Assembly: GCF_014930455.1 (NCBI RefSeq)
Contig: NZ_JAAIYO010000008.1
Span: 160,367-224,366, forward strand
Length of the DNA: 64,000 nucleotides
Source: Corallococcus soli
GTDB lineage: Bacteria > Myxococcota > Myxococcia > Myxococcales > Myxococcaceae
Reading direction: 5' to 3'
The stretch's first letter is position 1, and every line of letters starts with the position of its first letter. Positions 39,971-49,632 of the stretch are shown piece after piece. The position numbers and the translations under genes are program-made. The notes under the pieces were generated by a model that saw only the letters and a program-made list of their open reading frames with translations, ran no database searches and was not told the origin of the DNA.

Positions 39971-42900
39971 ATGCACCCACTGCTCAATCCCCTGGAACAC
40001 CCTCTCAGCCTGACGCTCCCCAATCGGCTGCTGGCCTCCTCCGCGTGGGTGGAGCACGTCCCGTTCGCGATGTTCATCGTGGACCTGCTCCGGCCCGGGA
40101 CGCTGGTGGAGCTGGGGACGCACACCGGGGTGTCGTACTCCGCGTTCTGCCAGGCGGTGGACGCGCTGAAGCTGGAGACCCGGTGCCACGCGGTGGACAC
40201 GTGGCAGGGGGACCCGCACGCCGGATTCTACGGTCCGGATGTGCTCGCGGACCTGCGCGCGCACCATGACCCGCTCTACAGCGGGTTCTCCCAACTGCAC
40301 CAGATGACCTTCTCCGAGGCCGCCAGCGCCTTCGCGGACGGCTCCATCGACCTGCTCCACATCGACGGCTGCCACGAATACGAGCAGGTGAAGGCGGACT
40401 TCGAAGAGTGGCTGCCCCGGATGAGCCCGCGCGGCGTCATCCTCTTCCACGACACCCGGGTGCGGGAGCGCAACTTCGGCGTCTGGCGGCTGTGGGAGGA
40501 GATCTCGGGCCGCCATCCCTCCTTCGAGTTCTTCCATGGCCACGGCCTGGGCGTCCTCGCCGTGGGGGCGGAGCAGCCGGAGGGTCTGCGCGCGCTGGTG
40601 GAGACCCGGGGCGAGGACCGGGAGCGCGTGAAGGCGGCCTTCGCCGCCCTGGGCGCGCGGCTGTCGCTCCTCTTGGAGGGACAGACCCTCAGGACGGAGT
40701 ACGGCCGGGTGAGCCAGCAGGTCGCGGAGGGCGCGCAGCGGCTGGAGCGGCTCCAGGCGGAACTGGAGGCCTCCAACCAGCGGGCACACGGCGCCGCCGC
40801 CGACCTGCGGGAGCAGCAGGGGCGGCTCGCCAGGATGAGCCTGACCCAGCAATTGCTGCAGGAGGAGCTGGCGCGCAAGAACGCGCGCCTCGCGGAACTT
40901 GATGCGTTGGCATCGCACCAGGGAAGCCAGCTGGCGCACATCTCCGGGAGCCTCGCCTGGAAGACCATCAACCGGTACTGGTCCGTGCGCGAGCGCGTGC
41001 TGCCACCCGGCACACGGCGCGGCAACCTCTACCAGCGCGGCAAGCGGACGCTGCACTCCGTGGGCGCGAAGCTGGTGGAACTGCCCGCCGCGCGCCGCAC
41101 GGCCCGTGCGCTCAAGAGCGCCGCGGCCACGGTCGTCGTCCCGGCGCACACCCCGCCCCCGCCCCCTCCGGCACCCTGGACCCTGCCTCTGACGGAGCGC
41201 TCGCAGGCGAGCATGGGTCGGCGCGTGCTCATCATCGCGGAGCTGTCGCTGCCCCAGTGCAAGCGCTACCGCGTGGACCAGAAGGTCGCGATGTTCCACC
41301 GGCTGGGCTACGAGGTCACCGTCCTGCCGTGGAATGACCACGTGGAGTGCAAGACGGCGCTCCAGTTCCACGGCCTGGTCATCTACTACCGGGTCCCGGC
41401 GTTCCCTTCGGTGGTGGAGACCCTGGAGGAGACGAAGCGCCTGGGCATTCCCCACTTCTTCGACGTCGACGACCTCATCTTCGACGTGGAGGAGTACCAG
41501 CGGAACAGCAACGTGCAGCGCCTGCCCCAGGAGGAGCGAGACCTGCTGCTCAGCGGCGCCGCGCTCTACCGCAAGACGCTCAGCCTCTGCGAGCATGGCA
41601 TCGCCAGCACGCCGACCATCGCGGAGCACATGGCGCGCGTCGTTCCCGGGAAGGTCTACGTCGTCGAGAACTGCCTGGACGACGGCATCCTGGAGCTCGC
41701 CCGGGAGATGGAGCAGCGGCCGTTCTCGGTGGATCCGGGCACGATCACCATCGGCTACGGCAGCGGCACCCGCACGCATGACGCCGACTTCACCATCGCG
41801 GCGGACGCCATCCTCGCGGTGATGGAGCGCCACGCGAACGTGCGTCTGGCCATCCACGGCTTCCTGGAGTTGCCCAAGGACTTCGAGCGCGTCTCCGAGC
41901 GCGTCTTCCGCATCCCGTTCCTGGACGCGGATGACTACCTGCGGGCGCTCGCGTCGTGGCAGATCAGCATCGCGCCGCTGGAGCCCACGGTCTTCAACGA
42001 CGCCAAGAGCAACATCAAGTTCATCGAGGCGTCCATCTTCCGCGTGCCCGCGGTGTGTTCGGGCGCGGGACCGTTCCGTGAGATCGTCGAACACGGCCGC
42101 AACGGGATGATCGCCACGACCCGCGAGGAGTGGGAGTCCGCCCTGTCCGCGCTGGTGGAGGACGCCGCCTTGCGCCAGCGGCTGGGCGAGGAGGCGCACC
42201 GCAGCGTGATGGCGCGCTACCACCCCGCGGTGGTGGCCACCGAACGGCTCCAGCCCGTCCTTTCGCACCTGCCGCCCGCGCCCCCGCCGCGCCTCAAGGT
42301 GTTGGAGGCCAACGTCCTCTTCGCGCCGCTGAGCTTCGGCGGGGCCACGCTCGTCGCCGAACAGGTGGCGCACCGGCTCCAGGCGGAGGGCTGCGACGTC
42401 ACCGTGTTCACCGGCATCATGAACTCGCCGCTGCCGGCCTACACGGTGGTTCGCTACGAGACGCAGGGCCTGCCCGTCATCGCCACGCAGCTTGTGCACG
42501 GCGGTGACCGCGCGCTCGACTACCAGAACCCGCGCATGGGGACGACGTTCGTCCAGGTCCTCAAGACCGTGCGCCCGGACGTGGTGCACTTCCACTCCAT
42601 CCAGATGCTGAGCGCGTCGCTGGCGACGGCGTGCGCCGCGGAAGGAATCCCCTACACCATCACCCTGCACGACGCGTGGTGGCTGTGCGAACGCCAGTTC
42701 ATGGTCAAGGAGGACGCCACCTACTGCAACCAGAAGGGCATCGACCTGCGCGTCTGCTCCAAGTGCGTGCCGGACACCCGCTTCACCTTCAAGCGCACGG
42801 TCGCGCTGCGCAAGGTGCTGGACGGCGCGGCCCTGCTGCTCACGCCCAGCGAGTTCCAACGCCAGCTCTACATCGCCAACGGCATCGCGCCGGAGCGCAT

Positions 42901-43522
42901 CGTCGTGAACAAGAACGGCGTGCTGCTGCCCACGCAGCCCCGGCCCACGCGGGATGAGCAGTCCCCGGTGCGCTTCGCCTACCTGGGCGGGCGCGCGGTG
43001 CACAAAGGCTACTTCTGGCTCAAGGACATCCTCGAGGCAATGCCAGAGTCCCGCTACGTCCTGAAGATGACCGACATCCAGCTGCGCATGGGGTCGGCGT
43101 CCATCGACGCGAAGGACTGGAAGGTGGCAGGTGGCGTGGAAGTCGTCCCTCCGTATGATCAGGACGGCCTGGATGCCTTCTTCGAAGGCATTGACGTGTT
43201 GCTCATGCCCTCCCAGTGGAAGGAGAGCTTCGGCCTGGCGGTGCGCGAGGCGTTGGCCCGCGATGTCTGGGTCGTCACCACGGCGTCAGGCGGCGTCACC
43301 GAGGACATCGTGGAGGGCATCAACGGCAACATCCTGGAGATTGGCGACCGGGAAGGCTTCAGCCGCGTGCTGCGCGACCTGATCGCCCACCCGGAGCGGC
43401 TGGCGCGCTACCGCAATCCCAAGCGCGCCACCGTGCGCGACTATGTGAAGCAGGCCCAGGAGCTCCGGACCCTGCTGGATGGTATTGTGAGCAACCCGGT
43501 CCAGAAGCGGGCCGCGAGCTGA
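39971..43522 (+). CDS. fusion protein: N-terminal class I SAM-dependent methyltransferase, coiled-coil, C-terminal GT1/GT4 glycosyltransferase domains
   Basis: MTase core ([12 protein letters not shown]...[13 protein letters not shown]). ~100-aa coiled coil ([33 protein letters not shown]...). Two GT-B-like regions. An upstream in-frame ATG at 39845 is possible. Confidence 0.7.
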   Translation: MHPLLNPLEHPLSLTLPNRLLASSAWVEHVPFAMFIVDLLRPGTLVELGTHTGVSYSAFCQAVDALKLETRCHAVDTWQGDPHAGFYGPDVLADLRAHHDPLYSGFSQLHQMTFSEAASAFADGSIDLLHIDGCHEYEQVKADFEEWLPRMSPRGVILFHDTRVRERNFGVWRLWEEISGRHPSFEFFHGHGLGVLAVGAEQPEGLRALVETRGEDRERVKAAFAALGARLSLLLEGQTLRTEYGRVSQQVAEGAQRLERLQAELEASNQRAHGAAADLREQQGRLARMSLTQQLLQEELARKNARLAELDALASHQGSQLAHISGSLAWKTINRYWSVRERVLPPGTRRGNLYQRGKRTLHSVGAKLVELPAARRTARALKSAAATVVVPAHTPPPPPPAPWTLPLTERSQASMGRRVLIIAELSLPQCKRYRVDQKVAMFHRLGYEVTVLPWNDHVECKTALQFHGLVIYYRVPAFPSVVETLEETKRLGIPHFFDVDDLIFDVEEYQRNSNVQRLPQEERDLLLSGAALYRKTLSLCEHGIASTPTIAEHMARVVPGKVYVVENCLDDGILELAREMEQRPFSVDPGTITIGYGSGTRTHDADFTIAADAILAVMERHANVRLAIHGFLELPKDFERVSERVFRIPFLDADDYLRALASWQISIAPLEPTVFNDAKSNIKFIEASIFRVPAVCSGAGPFREIVEHGRNGMIATTREEWESALSALVEDAALRQRLGEEAHRSVMARYHPAVVATERLQPVLSHLPPAPPPRLKVLEANVLFAPLSFGGATLVAEQVAHRLQAEGCDVTVFTGIMNSPLPAYTVVRYETQGLPVIATQLVHGGDRALDYQNPRMGTTFVQVLKTVRPDVVHFHSIQMLSASLATACAAEGIPYTITLHDAWWLCERQFMVKEDATYCNQKGIDLRVCSKCVPDTRFTFKRTVALRKVLDGAALLLTPSEFQRQLYIANGIAPERIVVNKNGVLLPTQPRPTRDEQSPVRFAYLGGRAVHKGYFWLKDILEAMPESRYVLKMTDIQLRMGSASIDAKDWKVAGGVEVVPPYDQDGLDAFFEGIDVLLMPSQWKESFGLAVREALARDVWVVTTASGGVTEDIVEGINGNILEIGDREGFSRVLRDLIAHPERLARYRNPKRATVRDYVKQAQELRTLLDGIVSNPVQKRAAS

Positions 43523-43556
43523 ACCCTGGGCCGCAGTGAACACAGTCACTGCCTGA

Positions 43557-44447
43557 ATGGAGACTCCCGTGCGTCTTTCCCAACTGCGGTCACTGATTCC
43601 AAGCTCGTTCAAGTCGGTCATCCGTGAGTCGCTGGGCGTCGCCCAGCTCCACACCCGCCTGTCCGAAACCGAGAACCAGCTGGCGGCGGTGCGCGAGCGC
43701 CTGGGCCCATCCCCGTCCCCGTCCCCGTCCCCGTCCCCGTCCCCTGCGCCCACGACGGCCCTGCCCGGCATCACCCGGGAGCTCATCGCGGCCCAGTACC
43801 TCCGGGGTGAAGGTCTGGAGGTCGGGGCCCTCCACAACCCGACGAAGGTGCCCGCGGGAGTCCGGGTCCGCTACGTGGACGTGGCGCCCATTGAAGTGCT
43901 GCGCGCCCGGTTCCCGGAGGCTGGGGACCGCATCACGGTGCCCGACATCGTGGACAACGGGGAGGAGCTGGGCCGGGTGGCGACGTCATCCCAGGACTTC
44001 ATCATCGCCAACCACTTCCTGGAGCACTGTGAAGATCCCATCGGCGCGATGAAGAACTTCATCCGCGTGCTGAAGCCGGGGGGCATCATCTTCATGGCCG
44101 TCCCCGACAAGCGCTTCACCTTCGACAGCGTCCGGGACGTCACCACCACCGAACACGTGGTGGAGGATCACCTGAAGGGCCCGGAAGTGTCCCGCCGCGA
44201 CCACTACGACGAGTGGCTGCGCATCATCGACAAGAAGAGCGGCGATGAGCTGGCGCACCTGACGAACCTGTTCGTCCAGGACCGCGTGAACATCCACTTC
44301 CACGTATGGACCTTCGACGGGATGTTCGAGCTGTTCTCCGCGGCCAGGAACCGGGTGGGCCTGCCCTTTGATATCAAGATGGCCTTCCTGGACCCGCCCT
44401 GCCTGGAGGTGGTGTGGATCCTGGAGGTCACCAAGCCGCGGGACTGA
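43557..44447 (+). CDS. class I SAM-dependent methyltransferase with an (SP)n linker
   Basis: Methyltransf_11/23-like core (FIIANHFLEHCEDPIGAMKNFIRVLKPGGIIFMAVPD). SPSPSPSPSPSP is encoded by a perfect hexanucleotide repeat. Confidence 0.75.
   Translation: METPVRLSQLRSLIPSSFKSVIRESLGVAQLHTRLSETENQLAAVRERLGPSPSPSPSPSPSPAPTTALPGITRELIAAQYLRGEGLEVGALHNPTKVPAGVRVRYVDVAPIEVLRARFPEAGDRITVPDIVDNGEELGRVATSSQDFIIANHFLEHCEDPIGAMKNFIRVLKPGGIIFMAVPDKRFTFDSVRDVTTTEHVVEDHLKGPEVSRRDHYDEWLRIIDKKSGDELAHLTNLFVQDRVNIHFHVWTFDGMFELFSAARNRVGLPFDIKMAFLDPPCLEVVWILEVTKPRD
43709..43744 (+). repeat. perfect (TCCCCG)x6 hexanucleotide microsatellite inside the coding sequence, encoding (SP)6
   Basis: Direct read of the sequence at 43707-43745. 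Confidence 0.9.
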
Positions 44448-44450
44448 GCC

Positions 44451-45845
44451 TCACACCGCGCCGTAGTAGCGCTGGTACACCGTGGTGAGCGTCACGCCGA
44501 CGGACAGCGCGATGAAGCCGGCGATCAACACCGGCTTGAGCCGCGCCAGCGTGCGCGGTGCCCACGCGGGCGGGGCCAGGGCCACCACCAGCAGGGGCGC
44601 ATAGGGCAGCAGGTAGCGGCCCTGCACGCCGTCCACGCGGTCCGCTCCCGGAGGCGTCCACGCCAGGTAGAGCATGGCCTGGATGGCGAGCACGCCCGCC
44701 ACGGCGACGCCCAGCGCCACCACGCGCACGCGCCAGCCCACCGTGGGCGAGGGGGCCGCGTCCAGCGCCATCACCCCCAGCAGCAGCGCGCCCAGGCCCA
44801 GCAGCACGGGCCTCGACACCGGAGTGTCCAGCCAGCCGAGCACGCCGCCCGCCTGATGGAGGAAGTCCGGCAGCCGCGTCCAGAAGTCCGACACCAGCAC
44901 CCCCATCACCTGGAACGGGTGCGCGCGGACATGGGCCACCTGCGCCACCACTTCGCTCGGACGGAAGATGTCCCTCACCGTGCTGGACCACGCGAACTGG
45001 AGCAGCGCGGGGACGGCCACGACGGCGACGACGGCCAGCGCATAGCGTCCGGGTGTCCCCATCCGGGTGAGCGGCAGCAGCAGGAACACCAGCGTCAGGG
45101 GCAGGTAGGCCTGCTTGCACAGGGCCACGAACACCGCGCTCAAGAGCAGCAGCCCCAGCTGCTTCGCCCCGAGCGGCCCCGGGTGCGCGAAGGTGTAGTG
45201 CAGCGATAGCGCCACCAGCAGCAGGCACGCCGACAGGGTGATGGGGTCCGCGGACACCGAGGCCCGCTGGAACAGCACCATGGGCGTGAGCGCCAGCAGC
45301 GCGAACGCCCACCGCTGGAAGGGCATCAGCCGCAGCGCCAGCGCCGTGAGCGCCAGCGCCACCAGCACGTTGCCCAGCCGGCCCGCCCACAGCACCACCA
45401 CCGGCGGCGCCTCCAGGATTCGCGCGGGCGCCATGCCCAGCGACTGAGGGAAGTACACCAGCGGGAAGTAGATGGCGGACGCGGCGAAGTGCCACTCCAC
45501 GGTATCCCGGGGCGCGAGCGCGGCGTGCATGGCGTCGCGCAGGCGCTGCCGGTCCTGCCGCACGTTGGCGTGACCCCCGACCCCCTCCGACACGTGCTCC
45601 GCCACCTGGACCACGCTGCGCGGAAGCTGCCCGCCCGCGGACGCCGTCGGAAGCCGCGTGGCCGTCAGCTGGCCCTCGGAGATTTGATACGCCCGGAAGA
45701 AGTGCGCCGGTTCGTCCGCCACCTGGAACGGGGGCGTGAGGAAGCTCAGCACCCCGCCCAGCACGGCGGCCACGACCAGGAAGACGTTGATGGGCGCGAT
45801 GAAGAACGGGCGCAGGGGAGACGGGGTCGGCGAAGACGCGAGCAT
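44451..45845 (-). CDS. DUF2142-like polytopic membrane protein (putative GT-C fold glycosyltransferase)
   Basis: ~11 predicted TM helices and periplasmic loops. Context: adjacent DUF2304 and polyprenyl-phosphate GT2 genes. Start at the internal Met (45845); the ORF extends to 45947. Confidence 0.55.
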   Translation of the reverse strand: MLASSPTPSPLRPFFIAPINVFLVVAAVLGGVLSFLTPPFQVADEPAHFFRAYQISEGQLTATRLPTASAGGQLPRSVVQVAEHVSEGVGGHANVRQDRQRLRDAMHAALAPRDTVEWHFAASAIYFPLVYFPQSLGMAPARILEAPPVVVLWAGRLGNVLVALALTALALRLMPFQRWAFALLALTPMVLFQRASVSADPITLSACLLLVALSLHYTFAHPGPLGAKQLGLLLLSAVFVALCKQAYLPLTLVFLLLPLTRMGTPGRYALAVVAVVAVPALLQFAWSSTVRDIFRPSEVVAQVAHVRAHPFQVMGVLVSDFWTRLPDFLHQAGGVLGWLDTPVSRPVLLGLGALLLGVMALDAAPSPTVGWRVRVVALGVAVAGVLAIQAMLYLAWTPPGADRVDGVQGRYLLPYAPLLVVALAPPAWAPRTLARLKPVLIAGFIALSVGVTLTTVYQRYYGAV

Positions 45846-45870
45846 GGAAGGGGAGTCGTTCCGCGAAGGC

Positions 45871-46281
45871 TCAGGCGGCGTGGGGGTCGTGCCGGGCGGC
45901 GGCGGGGACGGAGTCGGAGCGGGGCGGGGCGCGCGCGAGGCGCTCATGCTCCGTGGAGGTGAGCAGGGCCACCTCCTGCGCCAGCCGCTTGAGCTGCTGG
46001 CGCTGCTCCGCCACCTGGAGGCTCAGCCGGTACACGACCCACATCAGGGCCGACAGGGCGAGGAAGAAGAGGGCCGAGGGCGCGTAGTAGATGCCCATGG
46101 CCGACGCCAGCGTGTCGATGCCATGGCGCCACAGGGACAGGCCCGCGATGGTCGCGGCGACCAGCAACCAGGCGAAGGTATGACGCTCGTTGGTGCGCCG
46201 GCCTCGGGCCGACCACAGCACCGTGAACGCGAAGGCGGCCGCGAAGGCAACGCCAATGAGGCTGGAGCGAAGCATGGGCAT
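45871..46281 (-). CDS. DUF2304-like small membrane protein (GT2-associated)
   Basis: 136 aa, with two TM helices then a coiled coil (MPMLRSSLIGVAFAAAFAFTVLW...QRQQLKRLAQEVALL). Its start overlaps the upstream GT2 stop by 1 nt (TGATG). Confidence 0.5.
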   Translation of the reverse strand: MPMLRSSLIGVAFAAAFAFTVLWSARGRRTNERHTFAWLLVAATIAGLSLWRHGIDTLASAMGIYYAPSALFFLALSALMWVVYRLSLQVAEQRQQLKRLAQEVALLTSTEHERLARAPPRSDSVPAAARHDPHAA

Positions 46282-46979
46282 CAGACGGGACGGACCCGCT
46301 CCATGAGGAGGGCGAAGGACACCTTCGCCATGTAGAAGGCCGACTTCCACGGCGTCAGCGAGCTGGTACCGGTGAGGCGCGGCCGCATGCGCACGGCCAC
46401 CTCCGCGATGGGGAAGCCCTGCCGCGCCGCCATGAGGACGCTCTCGGGTTCCGGGTAGTCGTGGGGGTGGGTGCGCGCGAAGAAGCGGATGGCCTGGGGC
46501 CCGAAGCCCCGGAAGCCGGAGGTCGGGTCGGTGATGCGCTGGCGGCTCAGCGTGGACAGCAGCCCCGCGAGGAACTGGTTGCCGAAGCGGCGCAGCCACG
46601 TGGAGCGGAAGCTCGCGACCCCCGCGAACCGGCTGCCGATGACGAGCTCCACGCCAGACTGGAGCGCCTCGCGCAGGGCAGGGACGGAGGCCGGATCATG
46701 CTGGCCGTCGCCGTCCATGCGGATGACCTGTGCGTAGCCGTGCCGCGAGGCGTAGAGCAGGCCGCTTGCCTCACCCGCGGCGACGCCCAGGTTGAAGGGA
46801 TGGGTCAGGACGAATGCGCCAGCGGCCCGGGCACGCTCCGCCGTCTGGTCCCGCGAGCCGTCGTCCACGACGAGCACGTCCAGGTCCGGCAGGGCTTCAC
46901 GCAGCTCCGCCACCGTGGTGGCGATGCATTCCTCTTCGTTGAAGGCCAGCAACACGATGAGGCCCCGTCGGGTGTCCAT
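46281..46979 (-). CDS. polyprenyl-phosphate glycosyltransferase, family 2 (GtrB/PpgS/DPM1-like)
   Basis: LIVLLAFNEEECI...VLVVDDGSRD...DGDGQHDP. DXD-type GT2 with no TM domain. Confidence 0.8.
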   Translation of the reverse strand: MDTRRGLIVLLAFNEEECIATTVAELREALPDLDVLVVDDGSRDQTAERARAAGAFVLTHPFNLGVAAGEASGLLYASRHGYAQVIRMDGDGQHDPASVPALREALQSGVELVIGSRFAGVASFRSTWLRRFGNQFLAGLLSTLSRQRITDPTSGFRGFGPQAIRFFARTHPHDYPEPESVLMAARQGFPIAEVAVRMRPRLTGTSSLTPWKSAFYMAKVSFALLMERVRPV

Positions 46980-47360
46980 GCTTCCCTTTCCTGTCTCTTC
47001 GGGGGCTTCTACCGTTTACCACGGGGACCAAACAACCCTCCTGCCCCCCAGGCCCGAGCCTGCCCCTCGCGTGCGATGGAGCTCCAGGTGTCCTGCCATC
47101 GTCGGCCCACGGCCAAGGCGCCCGACCCTGGTCTGCCAGGGTGACGAGCGGGCGGGGGAGCCGTCATGGGGCATGCACCCGGTCAGCAGCGAGGCTGCCC
47201 GCCTCGAAGTCCAGGTCGCCAAAGGCCTCCACCGGCTCCTGGCCCCGTGTCGCAGCAGGGCCTCCATGGGGAGGCCCGGGTGATGGGAATCCCAGGCAGG
47301 ACAGGCGGGGGATGACACCCTACCTGTCGGTGCATGGCGATGTCTGTCCATGCCTGGAGG

Positions 47361-47888
47361 CTATCGGCGTCTGGGTTTGCGGCGAGCCGGCTCCGCGCCT
47401 GCGTCTTGCCCGGAGGGCTTCCCGGGGGGCACGACCTCCGGTCCGCTCCGAGGGAGGTGGGCGTCGAGCTGTTCCAGCCGCTTCTCCACTTCCTGGCGCC
47501 AGAGCGTCTGCGTTCGCGCCTGCACCCGCTGGTGCTCGTGGATGAGCGCGAGCGCCTCCAGGATGGCCTCGTTGAACTCCACCTGCCGGCGCAGCGCTTC
47601 GTTGATGAAGGGCTGGAACGTCAGCCGGAAGGCGCGCTTGGCCATGACGAGCGCGGGGCCCACCACGGGCCGGTGGGAGGTCGGCGCATCCGCGTAGCGG
47701 CTGTCGCGCTTGCGCCGGGCGGCGTCCAGGAAGGTCGGCCACGCGGAGCTTGAGGCCTGCTCCTGGGTGGCGCTGAACTTGCCGCGCAGTGCCTCCACCA
47801 CTTCGGGCGGGGGCGCCGGCAACCGTCGCAGGGCTTCGGCCACGGCCTCCGGGGTGGGCTGGGTGCTGATGAGGTCCTCAGCGCGCAT
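47361..47888 (-). CDS. hypothetical protein
   Basis: Clean ORF upstream of the GT2/DUF2304/DUF2142 genes on the same strand. No recognisable domain. Confidence 0.4.
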   Translation of the reverse strand: MRAEDLISTQPTPEAVAEALRRLPAPPPEVVEALRGKFSATQEQASSSAWPTFLDAARRKRDSRYADAPTSHRPVVGPALVMAKRAFRLTFQPFINEALRRQVEFNEAILEALALIHEHQRVQARTQTLWRQEVEKRLEQLDAHLPRSGPEVVPPGKPSGQDAGAEPARRKPRRR

Positions 47889-49518
47889 GCGTGCGTCCTC
47901 CTTCGTCCAGGGCCCGGGCCACGTCCGCCGCGAGCGCGTCCACATCCTGGCCGGGCTTCAGCTCCCACAGTCGGGACCCCAGCGCACCGCGAACCCCCGC
48001 ATCCGGCGCGCGAGGGGGCTCCCAGAGGCCCCAGGCGCGGGCCTGGACCTGGGCCGCCGTCCTGCGCGCCACCTCTTCATCCGCGCCAGCGAACAGCACG
48101 GGGCCGGTGACGGAGCACACGCCCGTCTCCAGGGACGAGGACGGAGGCACGTCCTGGCGCATCCGGGAGGCCGGCTCATCCGGCGTGAAGTGCCACACCG
48201 GGGTGCCGTCCTGCGATGACTCGCGGGGGGAAAGCTGCAGCGGCATCACCTGACGCCTCACCGTCCAGAGCCGTGCTCCGGGCAGCCGGTCCACCACGGC
48301 GCGCGCCAGTCGCGACATGGGCGCGTCCGGGGCCGTGTCGAAGCCCGGGCAGACCACGGTGGCGCCGTCCGGGCCTTGCTTCGAGGGGGCCGGGGCCCGG
48401 CCCTCCAGGAACGGGGCCAGGGCTTCTCGCACGCGCCGTGCGACCGTCGGCTGGTCCAGCGGGGTCAGCCGCTCGCGCTGGGCGGCCACCACCCTCGCGC
48501 GCAGGCCAGCGTCGCGCTCCAGCACCGCGAGCAGCCCCGCCACCTCCACGGGGTCGTCCGACAGCGTGGTGAGGCCCGCGCCGCCCATGGTCTCCGGCAC
48601 CGCCGCGGCGCCATACGCCACCACCGGCACGCCCCGGTACATCGCCTCCAGCAGGGGCACGCCGAAGCCCTCGTGGCGGCTCATGGACAGGTAGGCCGTG
48701 GCGGAGGCGAAGCACGCGGAAAGCTGCGCCGCGTCCACCCGGCCCAGGAACACGACGCGCTCGGGGCCCAGCTGCTCGCATAGCGCGAGCACGGTCGCGT
48801 CATAGAGGGTGTCGCGGCGCAGCGTCCCCGCCACCAGCAGCCGGCTGCGCGGCTGGTACAGGCGCTGATACGCGGTGAAGACGCGCAGCACGTCCTCCAG
48901 GCGCTTGCTGGGCACCATGCGGCCCACGAACAGGACGTTCGCGCACCCGTCCTCCATCTGCGCCTGGAGCGCCGGATCCGCCGGCACGTCGAAGGCGTTC
49001 CAGTCCACCGCGAAGGGCAGCACCGCCGCGTCCCGGTAGCCCGCCGCGGCCAGCTCCTCCGCGCTGAAGTGTGAGTAGGCCCACGCGTGCGTCACGTGGT
49101 CGCGCAGCGCCCGCAGCTCCTCGCGCGCCTGCGCGCAGCCGCTCATCACGTTGCGATCCACGCCCTCGAAGAACCGGGCCGGCGTGACGTTGTGGTACAG
49201 CAGCGCCTTGCGCCCCTTCGCCCGCGCCACGAGCGGGACGAGGCGCGACTGGAAGCTGTGGTGGACGAGCAGCGCGCTGTCGGCGCGGGCCTCGCGCGGG
49301 TAGTCCCGGGCCGGGCGCACCTGATCGCGGCAGGCCTCGTCCCACTGGGCCGCGTAGATCTCCGACGCGTAACCCCAGCCGCGCAGCAGGTCCCGCAGGT
49401 AGCGCACCTGGTTGCCCACGGCGTCGCCCCACGCGAGGTGCGCGACCAGCTGGTGGACCCCTCCGACGCTCGGTGAGGCGGTCCCTTGCTTGCTGTTCCA
49501 GAGGCTCACGGTGACCAT
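47878..49518 (-). CDS. family 1 (GT4-type) glycosyltransferase with a C-terminal extension
   Basis: GT-B C-terminal domain motifs (VLFVGRMVPSKRLEDVL...SMSRHEGFGVPLLEAMYRGVPVVA). ATG at 49518, or GTG at 49536. Confidence 0.75.
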   Translation of the reverse strand: MVTVSLWNSKQGTASPSVGGVHQLVAHLAWGDAVGNQVRYLRDLLRGWGYASEIYAAQWDEACRDQVRPARDYPREARADSALLVHHSFQSRLVPLVARAKGRKALLYHNVTPARFFEGVDRNVMSGCAQAREELRALRDHVTHAWAYSHFSAEELAAAGYRDAAVLPFAVDWNAFDVPADPALQAQMEDGCANVLFVGRMVPSKRLEDVLRVFTAYQRLYQPRSRLLVAGTLRRDTLYDATVLALCEQLGPERVVFLGRVDAAQLSACFASATAYLSMSRHEGFGVPLLEAMYRGVPVVAYGAAAVPETMGGAGLTTLSDDPVEVAGLLAVLERDAGLRARVVAAQRERLTPLDQPTVARRVREALAPFLEGRAPAPSKQGPDGATVVCPGFDTAPDAPMSRLARAVVDRLPGARLWTVRRQVMPLQLSPRESSQDGTPVWHFTPDEPASRMRQDVPPSSSLETGVCSVTGPVLFAGADEEVARRTAAQVQARAWGLWEPPRAPDAGVRGALGSRLWELKPGQDVDALAADVARALDEGGRTHAR

Positions 49519-49632
49519 GGCGTTTACAACCGGCACGCACCGGCGACAAGTGGGCGCGGCCTTGCCTTGACGGGGCTCCCCTGCCTCCGCTACGGAGGGC
49601 GCTTTCTCCTGCGTCCGAGTGGTGGCTTGTCA

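Noticed and set aside
39656-43003. 1115-aa and 709-aa (37468..39597) minus-strand ORFs across the glycosyltransferase genes
   Set aside because: They are antisense to plus-strand genes with strong GT2/GT1/methyltransferase motifs and operon-style start/stop overlaps. Both are compositionally biased artefacts.
47016-47360. Short plus-strand ORFs (47141..47545, 47334..47753) in the gap upstream of the GT2 gene
   Set aside because: They overlap the minus-strand hypothetical gene and intergenic DNA, and show biased Arg/Gly/Ala composition. I treat the region as a promoter/leader region.
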